From Savitreella phatthalungensis (taxonomy: Eukaryota): a DNA stretch of 64,000 bases. Shown in pieces: positions 42,647-53,900 of the stretch. The stretch spans positions 372,001-436,000 of the forward strand of contig AP039702.1 of the NCBI GenBank assembly GCA_051599415.1. The letters run 5' to 3'. The notes beneath the pieces are model-generated. The model saw nothing but the letters and a program-made list of their open reading frames with translations. It ran no database searches and was not told the DNA's origin. A program made the position numbers and the translations under genes. Within the stretch, counting starts at the first letter, position 1, and each line of letters starts with the position of its first letter.

Positions 42647-43732
42647 CTACAGGATACCGCTGTCTTTAAGCGCATTTTGTAAAATGGTTTCCTTTACGGC
42701 GGCAAAGACGAGCCGAATGTTGCTCGTGTCCGTTGCCTGAGTCAGGTGCGGATAAATATTGAGCTTTGCTCTATTGACCTGGGTGAAGCGGTATAATATG
42801 TACTTGGCCGCTTTGTTAGCATCGCTACCGCCTTGATAGTCTGGGAAGAAATCTCCCAACGGACTCTTCGGAAGCTTAGCTTTGAAAATGTCGATCTTGT
42901 TGAGAAAGAGGATGATAGAAGTCCGCACGAACCAACGCGAATTGATGACCGAATCAAAGAGAACAAGCGACTCCGTCATGCGATTTTGATTCGACTCCTC
43001 GAGCAGAACCTGATCGTATTCTGACAGCGCAACACAGAAGATGATGGATGTGACAGCTTCAAAGCAGTGAATCCATTTCTTCCGCTCAGAACGCTGACCA
43101 CCGACATCAAACATGTGGATGCTCAAGTTGCCCATCGAAAATCGCGTTTCGTAAATACCCGTGGTCTTCGTGCGTGCCCTCAAGACGTCCATCTCGCTGG
43201 GTATGTAGTTCACGTCTGCTATGCGGTCAAGCTCCTCGAAGAAGTACGGCGCTGAATCCATCAGGTAATATTCATTCTGGCGTGCGAGGAGCTCCGGTAT
43301 CTTTGCGTCATGCCAGAGCTGCTTGATGTCGGCCACAAGCTGAGGATCCATCGGCGCCGTCAACGCTGTTTCCGTCTGGAACATGTATGGCAATATCCTA
43401 TCGGCCGCAAGCGCCGACTCCTCCTCAGCAGGCGCCATGCTCAACTTTGCCAGCGCTTCGCAAAGCGCCTTCGCGCCGTCCAAGACATTTTTGTGGATCG
43501 TCGGCCGAAACATCAGCCGCTCTTCCTCTGAATAGCCGCTCTGATGTATGATCTTCATCTGCTTCACGATGGTCGTCTTGCCAGACTCACCTGAGCCTAG
43601 CAGGAGAATCTTGCACTCTTTCTTCAGTCTGCGAGCATCATCCTCAATCTGACGATCAATTGCCGCAGAGGCCTTCTCTCCTCTTGCCGCCGCGGACGCT
43701 TCCGGCGAGGGACTGCTCATACATGAGCCCAT
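42647..43732 (-). CDS. GPA2: Heterotrimeric G-protein alpha subunit, cAMP-pathway group (Gpa2/GanB-type)
   Basis: MGSCMS myristoylation motif, [38 protein letters not shown]-terminus LKDSGIL. Confidence 0.88.
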   Translation of the reverse strand: MGSCMSSPSPEASAAARGEKASAAIDRQIEDDARRLKKECKILLLGSGESGKTTIVKQMKIIHQSGYSEEERLMFRPTIHKNVLDGAKALCEALAKLSMAPAEEESALAADRILPYMFQTETALTAPMDPQLVADIKQLWHDAKIPELLARQNEYYLMDSAPYFFEELDRIADVNYIPSEMDVLRARTKTTGIYETRFSMGNLSIHMFDVGGQRSERKKWIHCFEAVTSIIFCVALSEYDQVLLEESNQNRMTESLVLFDSVINSRWFVRTSIILFLNKIDIFKAKLPKSPLGDFFPDYQGGSDANKAAKYILYRFTQVNRAKLNIYPHLTQATDTSNIRLVFAAVKETILQNALKDSGIL

Positions 43733-44828
43733 GGCGTCCCGTGCGTCGCGCGGCTCCGGCAGATGAACGACTCACTTGAGAAAAGAGCAAAATGATGCGA
43801 AGCTTGTGCAGGCGCGATAGGGTACGGCTCTCGACGATTGCAGGACGGTCTAGCGAGTATGAAAGCAAGAAGGAAGCTGCTCACCGAGAGTGAGGTCCGG
43901 GGATAACGTTCAAAGTCGCTTTTATGCGGTCCTTTGATCAAAACGATCGGCAGCCTCTGTGTGTGTGCGGGAGTGCTAATCGCGCCGTGCTAGAAATGGC
44001 TACTGAACTGGAAAGTGACCGGACTAGAGAGCACGAGTGTGTGGAGAGACAGAGGGAGAGAGAATCAGAAAAGGATAGATAGACGGACTGACCGATATAA
44101 AAAGAGAAACGGCGCATGAAATTTATCGAGAAGCAGAACTTTCAAGGGATGTAGACTGCGTTCGACCCAATCGAGATATAAGGTCAAATTTGCTTAGATG
44201 GCTTGCCATTCTGTCTGCTGATAATCTAGCCCAACCAGACAGAGCCATTTTCGAGCATATGCTTTCCCGAGGGTTCTGGCTTCGCTCGAGATCTAACCCG
44301 ATCAATCCTCTTCTGACAAGATCACAGAACAAAGTCCATCATGGAAATTGTGCAGTTTCTCGATATGCGAATGCACGAGAGCGAAACTCGCACAACTCAT
44401 TCCCTTTCATTTCATCAATTCTTCAAACTGCTGACAGTCAGATATCAATATATGATACGCGTGATTGTTCTGCTCCGTAGCTGACCCATTCGTAATTTAA
44501 AGGGAAGCTACTGACATATGTTGGCCTAAAGGACATACATCCTGAGCATATGTATGTGCCTTCATGAGATCGTGTATTTAGTCCCGGCGCCTATATTAAC
44601 TGTGCTGTTCGCAAGGTCGAGATCGAGCATACGATTTGTCTATTTCATCGCTATATCGTCATTCGGCCCTAACTTACGCATGTTTGATCCGTTTTATTCA
44701 ATTGGGCTCTCGCAGCCTTGCCACGATTCGCGGTTAGCCAATCTTAAAGTGTGACCGACGACCACGGTCTTTGTGTCGCTAGTAGAAGTTAAGCACGCAA
44801 GTAGCCCAGATCACAGGTTGCGAGCGCA

Positions 44829-46256
44829 ATGTCGCTGCCCTTGTGCGCTGTTGAAGGTTGCAGAGCATCTCAATTGGCTGGCCAGCAGACAATCCCGTTA
44901 GCTGAGGGCAAGTTGACTGTGCGTCCCTTGACGACACTGACCAAGGCGCTAGCCTTTCAAATCGGAGATAGTTTTGCGATCGATGTCGAGCCCAATACGG
45001 TGGTCGGAACCAAGGGTGACCGCTCCTACCTGGTCGGCAAGGGGGAATTGCTCGTTCAGCTTGACTTCGACGCTGCCGCTTCGGAGCAACAATTGACAAT
45101 TTTTGAAAAGATCATGGTCGAACATGGCTATCTCCTTGCAGGAGTCCAGGCAGACGCGGACAACATATCACGCGGCTTTATGGAATGGCTGGCGCCAAAG
45201 ACTCATGCTCTCACTTCCAACACGGCATCCAATACGAGTGCACCCTTGAGAGCAGGCGAGGCTATTCACAATGCCGGCGACAAAGCGGAGGCCGGCTCAC
45301 AAGTGGTAGCGGACGGCGCGGGCAAAATTGCAGGCTTTCTCCAGCAAGGCGCGCAGCGTGTCGGTGCATACATCGGAGATGCTATCGGTACCAGAGGAAT
45401 CTTTGGCACACCGGAACAGGCTGGAACGACGCGCGAAGCGATCTCTGACGGCATCGAAGCTGCACAGATTGCTGGCACAGGGCTCAAATCCGCTACAACG
45501 CATGCCGCCAACGCCGCTCATGAGGCAAGTTTACAGGCCGCCGACGCTGCTGGTGGTTCTGAGGCTCGCAAGCTCGCGTCACAAGGTCTGTCGACCTCGG
45601 GGAACGTTGCGAAGGCTGTGGGGCTCTCTGTGATCGAAACCTCATCCATGACACATGGCGTTGAGGTTGCCACTGGAGCCGTGTCGGATGACACAGCGCA
45701 AGTTGTGGGCGCGTCGAAGAAGACAGCGGCCGCCCAGCGACCAGAGACTCGGCCCGATTTTGTGGATGATGAAGCAGGGCCATCAAAGCCCTTCCCAATC
45801 AGAATCAGAGGAGAAGTCGTCAAAGGATTCGGTAGGGGCTCGTCCGAACTGGGAATCCCAACCGCCAATCTTGCTGAGAGCGCCATTCCGGACCTGCTCG
45901 AGCACGCAGAATCTGGCATTTACTATGGCCTAGCTCAGGTCGACGTCACGGCGAAATCGGCTGCTGCTGACGCCTCTGTGCTACCAATGGTGATGAGTGT
46001 TGGCTGGAATCCTTTCTATGACAACACAAAGCGATCTTGTGAAGTTCACATCTGCCACCGCTTCTCATCCGAGAATGAGGATTTCTACGGTCGTACAATC
46101 AAGGTGCTCGTCCTCGGGCACGTGCGACCAGAATATAACTATGACGGACTCGAATCGCTAGTTGCAGACATCAAGTTGGATATCGCAGTCTGTCAAAGAA
46201 GCATTGCTCGCCCCGCTTATAACAAGTTCATCTCTGATGGACTCTTCGATTTGTGA
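44829..46256 (+). CDS. FMN1: Riboflavin kinase (C-terminal ~165 aa) fused in frame to an N-terminal spartin/senescence-like region
   Basis: PFPIRIRGEVVKGFGRGSSELGIPTANL, GIYYG, MVMSVGWNPFYDN, EVHI, DFYG, RPEYNY in the C-terminal third; single uninterrupted ORF. Confidence 0.85.
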   Translation: MSLPLCAVEGCRASQLAGQQTIPLAEGKLTVRPLTTLTKALAFQIGDSFAIDVEPNTVVGTKGDRSYLVGKGELLVQLDFDAAASEQQLTIFEKIMVEHGYLLAGVQADADNISRGFMEWLAPKTHALTSNTASNTSAPLRAGEAIHNAGDKAEAGSQVVADGAGKIAGFLQQGAQRVGAYIGDAIGTRGIFGTPEQAGTTREAISDGIEAAQIAGTGLKSATTHAANAAHEASLQAADAAGGSEARKLASQGLSTSGNVAKAVGLSVIETSSMTHGVEVATGAVSDDTAQVVGASKKTAAAQRPETRPDFVDDEAGPSKPFPIRIRGEVVKGFGRGSSELGIPTANLAESAIPDLLEHAESGIYYGLAQVDVTAKSAAADASVLPMVMSVGWNPFYDNTKRSCEVHICHRFSSENEDFYGRTIKVLVLGHVRPEYNYDGLESLVADIKLDIAVCQRSIARPAYNKFISDGLFDL

Positions 46257-46265
46257 ATAGATCAC

Positions 46266-48359
46266 CTAAAGCTCCTTCTTGATCTGGCTCGAGGTCGGGC
46301 ATCTAGCAATGATGACCTGTGCGTCCGCGCGTGTGTTCGAGGATGAGAAAAAGGGGTCAGGCTGATCTTGTCGTGCACTAACCAGTGCATCGAGTGCCTC
46401 TCCTGTGGAGCCGTGGCGCTCGAGATATTCCTGGCGGATCTGTCGCTCTTCCGCGCGTACAGACGCGTCCGAGTGCACTGCGACTCGTCCGACAATGATA
46501 GAGACCACCTTGCGCACGGCCATGTAGCCGTGCTCCGCCGCAAAACAGACCGCAAGAAGATGCAATAAGGGCTTGTTCGAGGGAGCATCTCCTTGTAGCA
46601 AATATACTGATGAAGACATGGTGATGCTGCCGAGCCAGGTCAGGAGTTGCAAATTTTCGATCCATGGGCCAATCGAGTCCGCTCTGCCAGGTATGGGTCG
46701 CCGCATGTTCTTGCACAACTTGGCTGCATCTGCACGGAGCTCGACGACATTGTTGATGAGAGCACATAGAGGCGTGAGCGGCCAGATTGGCGACCACATT
46801 GCAGTATATCCATATTGTGTCACCATTTCCGAGTACTCCGTGTACAAGTTGTGCTCCGGCAAGCCGGCCTCTGCACGAACGCGATCGAGAAATGCCTTCT
46901 CCTCCGGGACGTCCAGAGGCTTAAAACGCTTGCCCGTGTATTTCTCAATGCGTGTCTCGGCCTCACCTCGTACAAGACGGAGGACGTACGGAACCACAAG
47001 CTCCATGGCCAAGTTGACGAGCTGTGCAGTGACGGCAAAGTAGAAAAGCTGGTTTCTCAGACGATTGCCATCGATAACGAAAGCTTTCGCTTTGACCCCA
47101 TAAGCCGCATAGGCAGTTGTAATACCGAAAACATCGAGCCGGGGGACGATGAGATGGCCGAAAGGCAGGTACACATATTGTGTGAGGAAGAGTGCTGTAT
47201 AAGAGGTCATGAAATTGAGCACAAAAGCCTTGCGTGATAGGGCTGCGCTGTATTCACCGTCTGTTGCATGATTTTCATATGACGTTAGCTTCTCCGCCGA
47301 GCGCATGTATAGGCTGCTAAATGGTCCAACGAGAAGCGTGAAGAGCACAGTGGGGCTGAATACAAGGATTTGCTTGAGTGGCCCATCGTAGACCTCGCCC
47401 ATCCAGACTTCCACACAGAAGATGAACGTGAGTACGCATGCGAGAAAGGCGCCGCATACAATCGCGAATGGGACACTGACAGATTCCCGGACAAGCTTGA
47501 GTAATGGCATGCTGTCCTCCCGCTGAAAAGCCGCTCGACGATGCTCTAGTCTCGAGCATTCGCGCACGTCCCATCTTGTTGCGAGCTCGAGCTCTCGTCT
47601 CTGCCACAAAGCGATGAAGATCGTTCCCCAGACTGTTATGAGGGAGGCATAAACGGCACTGACCTCCCGTAGGAAGAAGAAGGAGAATAGACCGAGACTG
47701 GCAGGAAAGAAGAGCGACCGCAAGTAGAATTGAAGGAAGGCGAAATACATAGCGACTTTTGTGCCAAAATGGTTGCGGACGTGCTCAAGCTCTGCGTCGT
47801 CAATGAGCCACTTGGTCGACCAGCGCCGCAGCCAACGATCGTCAAACTCCTTATTGTGCAAGGGAAAAATGCTGTGGACGCGACGCCAGGGGTGGAGACC
47901 TGGTGTCAGTGCAGCTCCGCCATCTTCCTCAGGAGCGGTCAGGATCAAATGAACGAGTCGGAGACGCTCCGCATCGGTTATAGGATCCTCAAAAATGCTC
48001 TGATTGACCTCAGGTACGGCGAGTCGAATCCCGGCGAGCCAGTCACGCTGTCGTGCACGGAATACCTCTCGTGCCAAGCGACCGTCCGGACATTTGATGA
48101 AGATGAGCAATCCGCCTTCCGAGCTGCTCTCCCGGACTGCTGAACGGAGGCCAAGGGATTCAATCGCCTGCAAAAGGCGATCTAATTCGAGAGCGCTCTC
48201 TGCTGCATCTTTGTCGGGAAGGAACTCGACGACGTAGTCTACTTTGCTGCTGGCCGTATACAAGCTTGCGCGATATGACGACAAATGAACAGGCAGCCTC
48301 CGTATCTTCGAATCCGCCGGTATCGTCTCATGGCCGCGGAGCGGCGGCTGAATTGACAT
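46266..48359 (-). CDS. IST2: Anoctamin/TMEM16 family scramblase/channel (Ist2-like)
   Basis: AERLRLVH, IFPLHN, RNHFGTKVAMYFAFL, LTSYENH.T, EYSEMVTQYGY, NNVVELRADA.K, RADSIGPW. Confidence 0.9.
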   Translation of the reverse strand: MSIQPPLRGHETIPADSKIRRLPVHLSSYRASLYTASSKVDYVVEFLPDKDAAESALELDRLLQAIESLGLRSAVRESSSEGGLLIFIKCPDGRLAREVFRARQRDWLAGIRLAVPEVNQSIFEDPITDAERLRLVHLILTAPEEDGGAALTPGLHPWRRVHSIFPLHNKEFDDRWLRRWSTKWLIDDAELEHVRNHFGTKVAMYFAFLQFYLRSLFFPASLGLFSFFFLREVSAVYASLITVWGTIFIALWQRRELELATRWDVRECSRLEHRRAAFQREDSMPLLKLVRESVSVPFAIVCGAFLACVLTFIFCVEVWMGEVYDGPLKQILVFSPTVLFTLLVGPFSSLYMRSAEKLTSYENHATDGEYSAALSRKAFVLNFMTSYTALFLTQYVYLPFGHLIVPRLDVFGITTAYAAYGVKAKAFVIDGNRLRNQLFYFAVTAQLVNLAMELVVPYVLRLVRGEAETRIEKYTGKRFKPLDVPEEKAFLDRVRAEAGLPEHNLYTEYSEMVTQYGYTAMWSPIWPLTPLCALINNVVELRADAAKLCKNMRRPIPGRADSIGPWIENLQLLTWLGSITMSSSVYLLQGDAPSNKPLLHLLAVCFAAEHGYMAVRKVVSIIVGRVAVHSDASVRAEERQIRQEYLERHGSTGEALDALVSARQDQPDPFFSSSNTRADAQVIIARCPTSSQIKKEL

Positions 48360-48628
48360 TTGTCTTCATTCAACCGTCCAGCTCAGCCGAACTTGAGCAA
48401 TTCGATTATACGGGATATCGATGTGCTCTGATGCGGTGCATGACGTCGGGTGAATCATTTGCACGATCGACAGCAATCTGATCGGACTTCTTGCCAAAAT
48501 TCACCGGGTAAGGTAAATCTCGATCATGTTGTGTACAAAATCAAGATTGATCATCTCTCTACAGAACCTCCGGTTGAAAGACTGTCACCACGACGATTGT
48601 CTCGTGAGCAGGCCACAACTGTATTCCG

Positions 48629-49378
48629 ATGACAGAGTCGCAAGGCGAGAAACAATTAGAGCAGGGAAAGTCGTCTCCTATGCAGGCTGAGCGTTCCGGA
48701 GGCTCAGCCGATGGTGCCCCTACAGAGCTCGGTGAACTGGATCAGAAGAGCACGATCGGAACCGCAGCACAACCGGTGAAATCAGCAGCGCCATCAGGGA
48801 AAGTAAGTCCATCAGCGACCGAGGGACGACCAGATTCGTTGCGGCGCGCCTCTTCTACGGTCACAACAGTATCGCAGTCTGAGTCGGCATCTAGCCCTGC
48901 CAAGGACGCTAATACTCCGACAGCTGGAGTCGCTGGGCGGTGGAAAGGTTGGCTGTCAAGTGCAAGAACGCCGTCTTTCAGGCTCGAGATGCCCTTCACG
49001 CGCAACCCTCCTGTCTCACAAGTCAACAGTGGTCGCACGGTGCAGAATGTGGGCTTGGCACAACAGTTCGCAGACGTGCGGCAGCGGGAGCAAGCTCATC
49101 GCCAGGACATCAACTGGGACCACTGGCAAGCGGCGTTCGACTCGCATGAGCCTGGGGCGATGGAAATGATTCGGCAACACATGCAGAGCACTCTTCCAGA
49201 CATACTACGTGGCATGGTTTGGCAGGCAATCCTGGAAAGCAAAAACGAGGACCTCGCCGAAGTATATACACATCTAGCATCAGCTTCGGCAGCTCAAGCG
49301 GGCGAGTATGACAAGCAGATCGCGAAAGACGTACGCCGCGTCAACAAATCTCTGATACGCAGGCTAGAAGGGAAATGA
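48629..49378 (+). pseudogene. C-terminally truncated TBC/Rab-GAP (Gyp5-like): pseudogene or truncated paralogue
   Basis: DINWDHW...LPDILRGMVWQ...SKNEDL..VY...KQIAKDVRR matches the start of a TBC domain. A stop follows 11 codons after the IxxDxxR motif. Confidence 0.55.
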
Positions 49379-49854
49379 TTCGGATCACCGTGAACGCAAA
49401 CGCGTGCTGATGCTGGCTGAATGCACAAACATGCGCCGCCCTGCGGGTGGTCTCTAATCGGAAATGCATTCACCACATCTAGACATGAGGAGGGCTACTC
49501 TAGAGGAAATAGCTTGAGACGCGGAAATGTATTTTTTTTATCTCCCCGCGACAATGCCTGAATTCGCCCACACGGCGAAGATCATCTAATTTGAGATTAA
49601 ATTCGGATGAGTTCGAGCCATCAAGGGCTGATCGTGCATAGCCAACGTTCGGCCAATTTCGCATCCAGAAGGGGAGGGCATCCGCGTCTATGCAGGTTGA
49701 CCAGGTCATGAAAGTGGGGTATGCTGTACGTAAAGCTCTTGGGTGCGCACGCACAACCTGCGGCTTTCGAGGAACAACAGTATTTCTAGCGCTCTCGACA
49801 TTTGTAACAGAATAATCTTGTCAACGGCATCTGAGACAACTGTACCCAGTCACC

Positions 49855-50430
49855 ATGGTACAGATCCCACAACGACTGCGCAATGTCCTCATCGCTGCCG
49901 GTGTCTTCGTCTTTCTCTGTCTGCTTGTGAGCGGCTCGGATGAGAGTCGAACGAGCAGATTCATCCAGCCACTCATGTCCTCACTTGAATCTGGAAAAGA
50001 CAAAGCAGCGCAGCAGCCGGCAAGCGATCAACCATTGTATGACAGCCCTAGCACGATCATGCCGGATGATCCTGTAGATGAAGCGGTTCGCAAGGCTATG
50101 GAGCAAGCTATGTTGCAGCATGACAGTATTCAAGTACCCGGTGTCACAGATTTGCAAAGCCAATCAGAGTCCGGCATGGCGCTCCCTCAGGACTTCAGTG
50201 AAGCTCCTCACGACGCAAATGGTCGAGCTGTTGCGCAGCCTGGCAACGCACCCTCCGTGCAGACAGAACAGTCTTCGGAAGAGCCAATCTTCGGTCACCA
50301 AGCGTTCGGACCAGGCCTTGGACCAGCCCCGTCATTTCCGGACGCAGCAGAGATCCATGATCCATTCGGAGCACTCCCCGCCAGCCACTTGCCTGTCACC
50401 GCACTGAACGAGCCTGCAACAACCACATGA
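49855..50430 (+). CDS. Hypothetical type II membrane / signal-anchored protein
   Basis: QRLRN followed by hydrophobic VLIAAGVFVFLCLLVSG, then an acidic Pro/Ser/Gln-rich low-complexity region; 191 aa. Confidence 0.6.
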   Translation: MVQIPQRLRNVLIAAGVFVFLCLLVSGSDESRTSRFIQPLMSSLESGKDKAAQQPASDQPLYDSPSTIMPDDPVDEAVRKAMEQAMLQHDSIQVPGVTDLQSQSESGMALPQDFSEAPHDANGRAVAQPGNAPSVQTEQSSEEPIFGHQAFGPGLGPAPSFPDAAEIHDPFGALPASHLPVTALNEPATTT

Positions 50431-50901
50431 TAAAGACCGTTGATCTCTGGCCACAGGACTATATAGGATATAATTGTATGCATAGACAAGTCAGCACATA
50501 GTCAATCAACTGTTAATATTGGTAGATTTATGAAGTATAACAGTACAACCACCTCGTCGATGAACGCTATCAGTGACGATGTTGAGACTAGGATTTCGAG
50601 TCTTGCTAAACACTGCATGGTCATGCAGCCTCGTTGGTGGCTCGATCTAAAAATCGACAATAGAATTAATACAAAACTAACATCTAGTTTGGAATGGCCG
50701 TCAGATTGATGCATCAAATTAAGCGTGTATAATACATGCATGCATGTGTTTTCGGCTGTGCATCCTTGGCTTTTCACGTGCTGGCGCGTCGAGTTCGACC
50801 GGCATGCCGACGCATTGACCTATATGAGACCAAAAAATACACAGACGTGCCCGTCCTTACTACACCAGGTGCAAAGCAAATCCGATCGCAGTGCTCCAGT
50901 C

Positions 50902-53900
50902 ATGAGCAAGCCACCGATGCTGGCCGGGCCCATGACTAAGGAAAAGCTGCAGGACATTTACAGACGATACAAGCAGTTGGCAGGTCAGGGCGAGCGAGAT
51001 GAGACAAACGTGGAAATGCAGCAACTTGGCGCCATTCTTCGGCGCGTACAAGAACGCCAGAGGCATGCACACGAAGCGCGACAGCAGCAACAAATAAGCA
51101 CGCTCGCTGCAACTTCAGCGGCAGGAGCAAACGGCGTGTCCACATCGACGACACATATCGCAGCGACAAATCCTGTCGCCACCGCAGTAGCTATGCCAGC
51201 GCAGTCGGGTGACCCTTCGGTCCCACCCGCGGCGTTGAGCACTGCGCAGCTCGAACTGCTCAAAAATCAGATCATGGCTTTCAAATACTTGAGCAAGAAT
51301 CTTCCCATACCGGACCACATCCAGCGCAAGATATCTGGAGAGATTGGTAAAGACATACGTCCTCGCGCGGAGGACTTTGCCGGCGCTGTATCCGAATCAG
51401 AGCTCTTGCACGGGGCCGATGTGATGATTCCCGCCATCACGCCCTCTGGCGTCGAAATCGCCGATCTTGCGGAACGACGAGAGCAGGTGATTGCCAATCG
51501 TGTAGCCTTTCGCGTTCACGAGCTCGAGTCGCTTCCAAGTAATATTGATGGTTTCGAATTTGGGCGTGTCAGAGACGAGCTGGGCGACGCAAAGCTTCGC
51601 CTATTGATCGAGCTCAAGTCATTGAAACTCCTACATAGGCAGAAGCATTTACGGGAGCAGATGCTTCACTCTCTGTCAACATTCCTGTCGACTGCCGCGA
51701 CACATGATCGGCAAAAGTATCGGCGCGTCAAAGCACAGTCGCTCAAGGAATCGCGCATGACAGAGCAATTCGCGCGGACGCAGCGGCTTGATCGTGAGCG
51801 TCGCGAGAAACAAAAGCAGCTGGACTATCTTGCGGACGTGACTAGCCACTCTGTCACTGTTCGGCAAGAAAGCGAGGCTGCAAGAGCCAAATCTATGCGC
51901 CTGGGTAAGCAGATTCTAGCCTATCACACCTATGCCGAAAAGGAGGAACAGCGGCGTGTGGAGCGCAACACAAAACTGCGTCTGCAGGCACTAAAGGCTG
52001 ATGATGAAGAGTCGTACTTGAAATTGATCGACCAGGCGAAGGACACGCGCATCACACATCTTCTGAAGCAGACAAACTCATATCTCGACTCACTAGCAGA
52101 AGCTGTCAAGCAGCAGCAAGGTGAAGGAGAGGCTCTGGTGGAAAGCAAGATAGACGACGCAGAAAGCGGTCCCGCCGGGGAGAAGTCTGAGGAAGCGCAG
52201 GACTTGGACTACTTTCACATCGCGCATCGTATTCAAGAGGAGATTATTGAGCAGCCTCGGATACTGGTCGGCGGACAGCTCAAGGAATACCAACTCAAAG
52301 GTCTGCAGTGGATGGTTTCTCTTTACAACAATAAGCTAAACGGCATTTTGGCGGATGAGATGGGTTTGGGCAAGACTATCCAGACGATTTCCCTCATAAC
52401 ATTCCTGATTGAGAAGAAGAAGCAGGATGGTCCCTATCTCGTCATCGTGCCGCTTTCGACACTTACTAATTGGACTCTCGAGTTTGAGAAATGGGCTCCG
52501 AGCGTGTCAAAAATCGTCTACAAGGGCACCCCTGGCGTGCGTCGCCAGCTCGCGAACCAGGTCCGCTCGGGGAACTTTCAGGTGCTCTTGACCACCTTCG
52601 AGTATATCATAAAGGACAGGCCGATTCTGTCGAAGCTCAAATGGGTACACATGATCATTGACGAAGGTCACCGCATGAAGAATGCGAATTCGAAACTCTC
52701 GTCGACTCTGGTCCAGTATTATAGCACGCGATATCGACTGATTTTGACAGGTACACCGCTGCAGAACAATCTGCCAGAGCTATGGGCTCTGCTCAATTTC
52801 GTGCTCCCGAAGATCTTCAACTCGGTCAAATCATTCGACGAATGGTTCAACACGCCCTTTGCTAACACTGGAGGACAGGACAAGATGGAACTTTCAGAGG
52901 AAGAGTCGCTGCTAGTGATCCGCCGTCTTCACAAAGTGCTGCGCCCTTTCCTGCTACGACGTCTCAAAAAGGACGTTGAGAAGGATTTGCCTGACAAGGT
53001 CGAGAATGTGATCAAGTGCCCCCTGTCCGCTCTACAAAAGAAGCTATATGACCAGATGAAGAAGCACGGAATGCTCTTTGTCGGCGGAGGGGAAGATTCG
53101 AAGGCTGGAAAGTCTCAAGGCATTCGGGGTCTCAACAACACGCTCATGCAGCTGCGCAAGATCTGCAATCATCCGTTCGTTTTTGAAGAGGTGGAGCGCA
53201 GTCTCGTCCCAACTGGCGGCAACGACGACTTCCTCTGGCGCACATCGGGCAAATTCGAGCTTCTCGATCGCGTACTGCCAAAGTTCCAGCGCACTGGCCA
53301 TCGCGTGCTCATGTTCTTCCAGATGACTCAAATCATGAATATCATGGAAGACTTCCTGCACTATCGAGGGATGACCTATCTCCGTCTGGATGGCTCTACA
53401 AAAGCCGATGACCGATCTGCGCTGCTTAAGCTATATAACGCACCGGACTCTGATTACTTCATCTTCCTGCTGTCCACGCGTGCTGGTGGACTTGGACTCA
53501 ACCTGCAGACGGCTGACACCGTCATCATCTTCGACTCAGATTGGAATCCGCACCAGGACCTGCAAGCACAGGATCGAGCGCACCGAATCGGTCAAACCCA
53601 GGAAGTGCGCATCCTCCGGCTCATCACAGAAAAATCGATCGAGGAATCAATTCTCGCCCGTGCCCAGTACAAGCTTGACATCGACGGCAAGGTTATTCAG
53701 GCAGGCAAGTTTGACAATAAGTCGACCGCGGAGGAGCGAGAGGCCTTCCTGAGGTCGCTCCTGGAGAGCGATCCGGCTACCGGAGATGACGACGGCGCCA
53801 ACGCCGACGGCTCTGAGAACGGTGATGACGAGGATGACGAGTTCGACATTATCAACGAGATCATCGCCCGCAATGACGATGAAGTAGAGCTCTTCCGTGA

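Noticed and set aside
43570..43600. G-alpha P-loop GESGKTT instead of GESGKST
   Set aside because: Still fits GxxxxGK[S/T]; a conservative change with no functional claim supportable.
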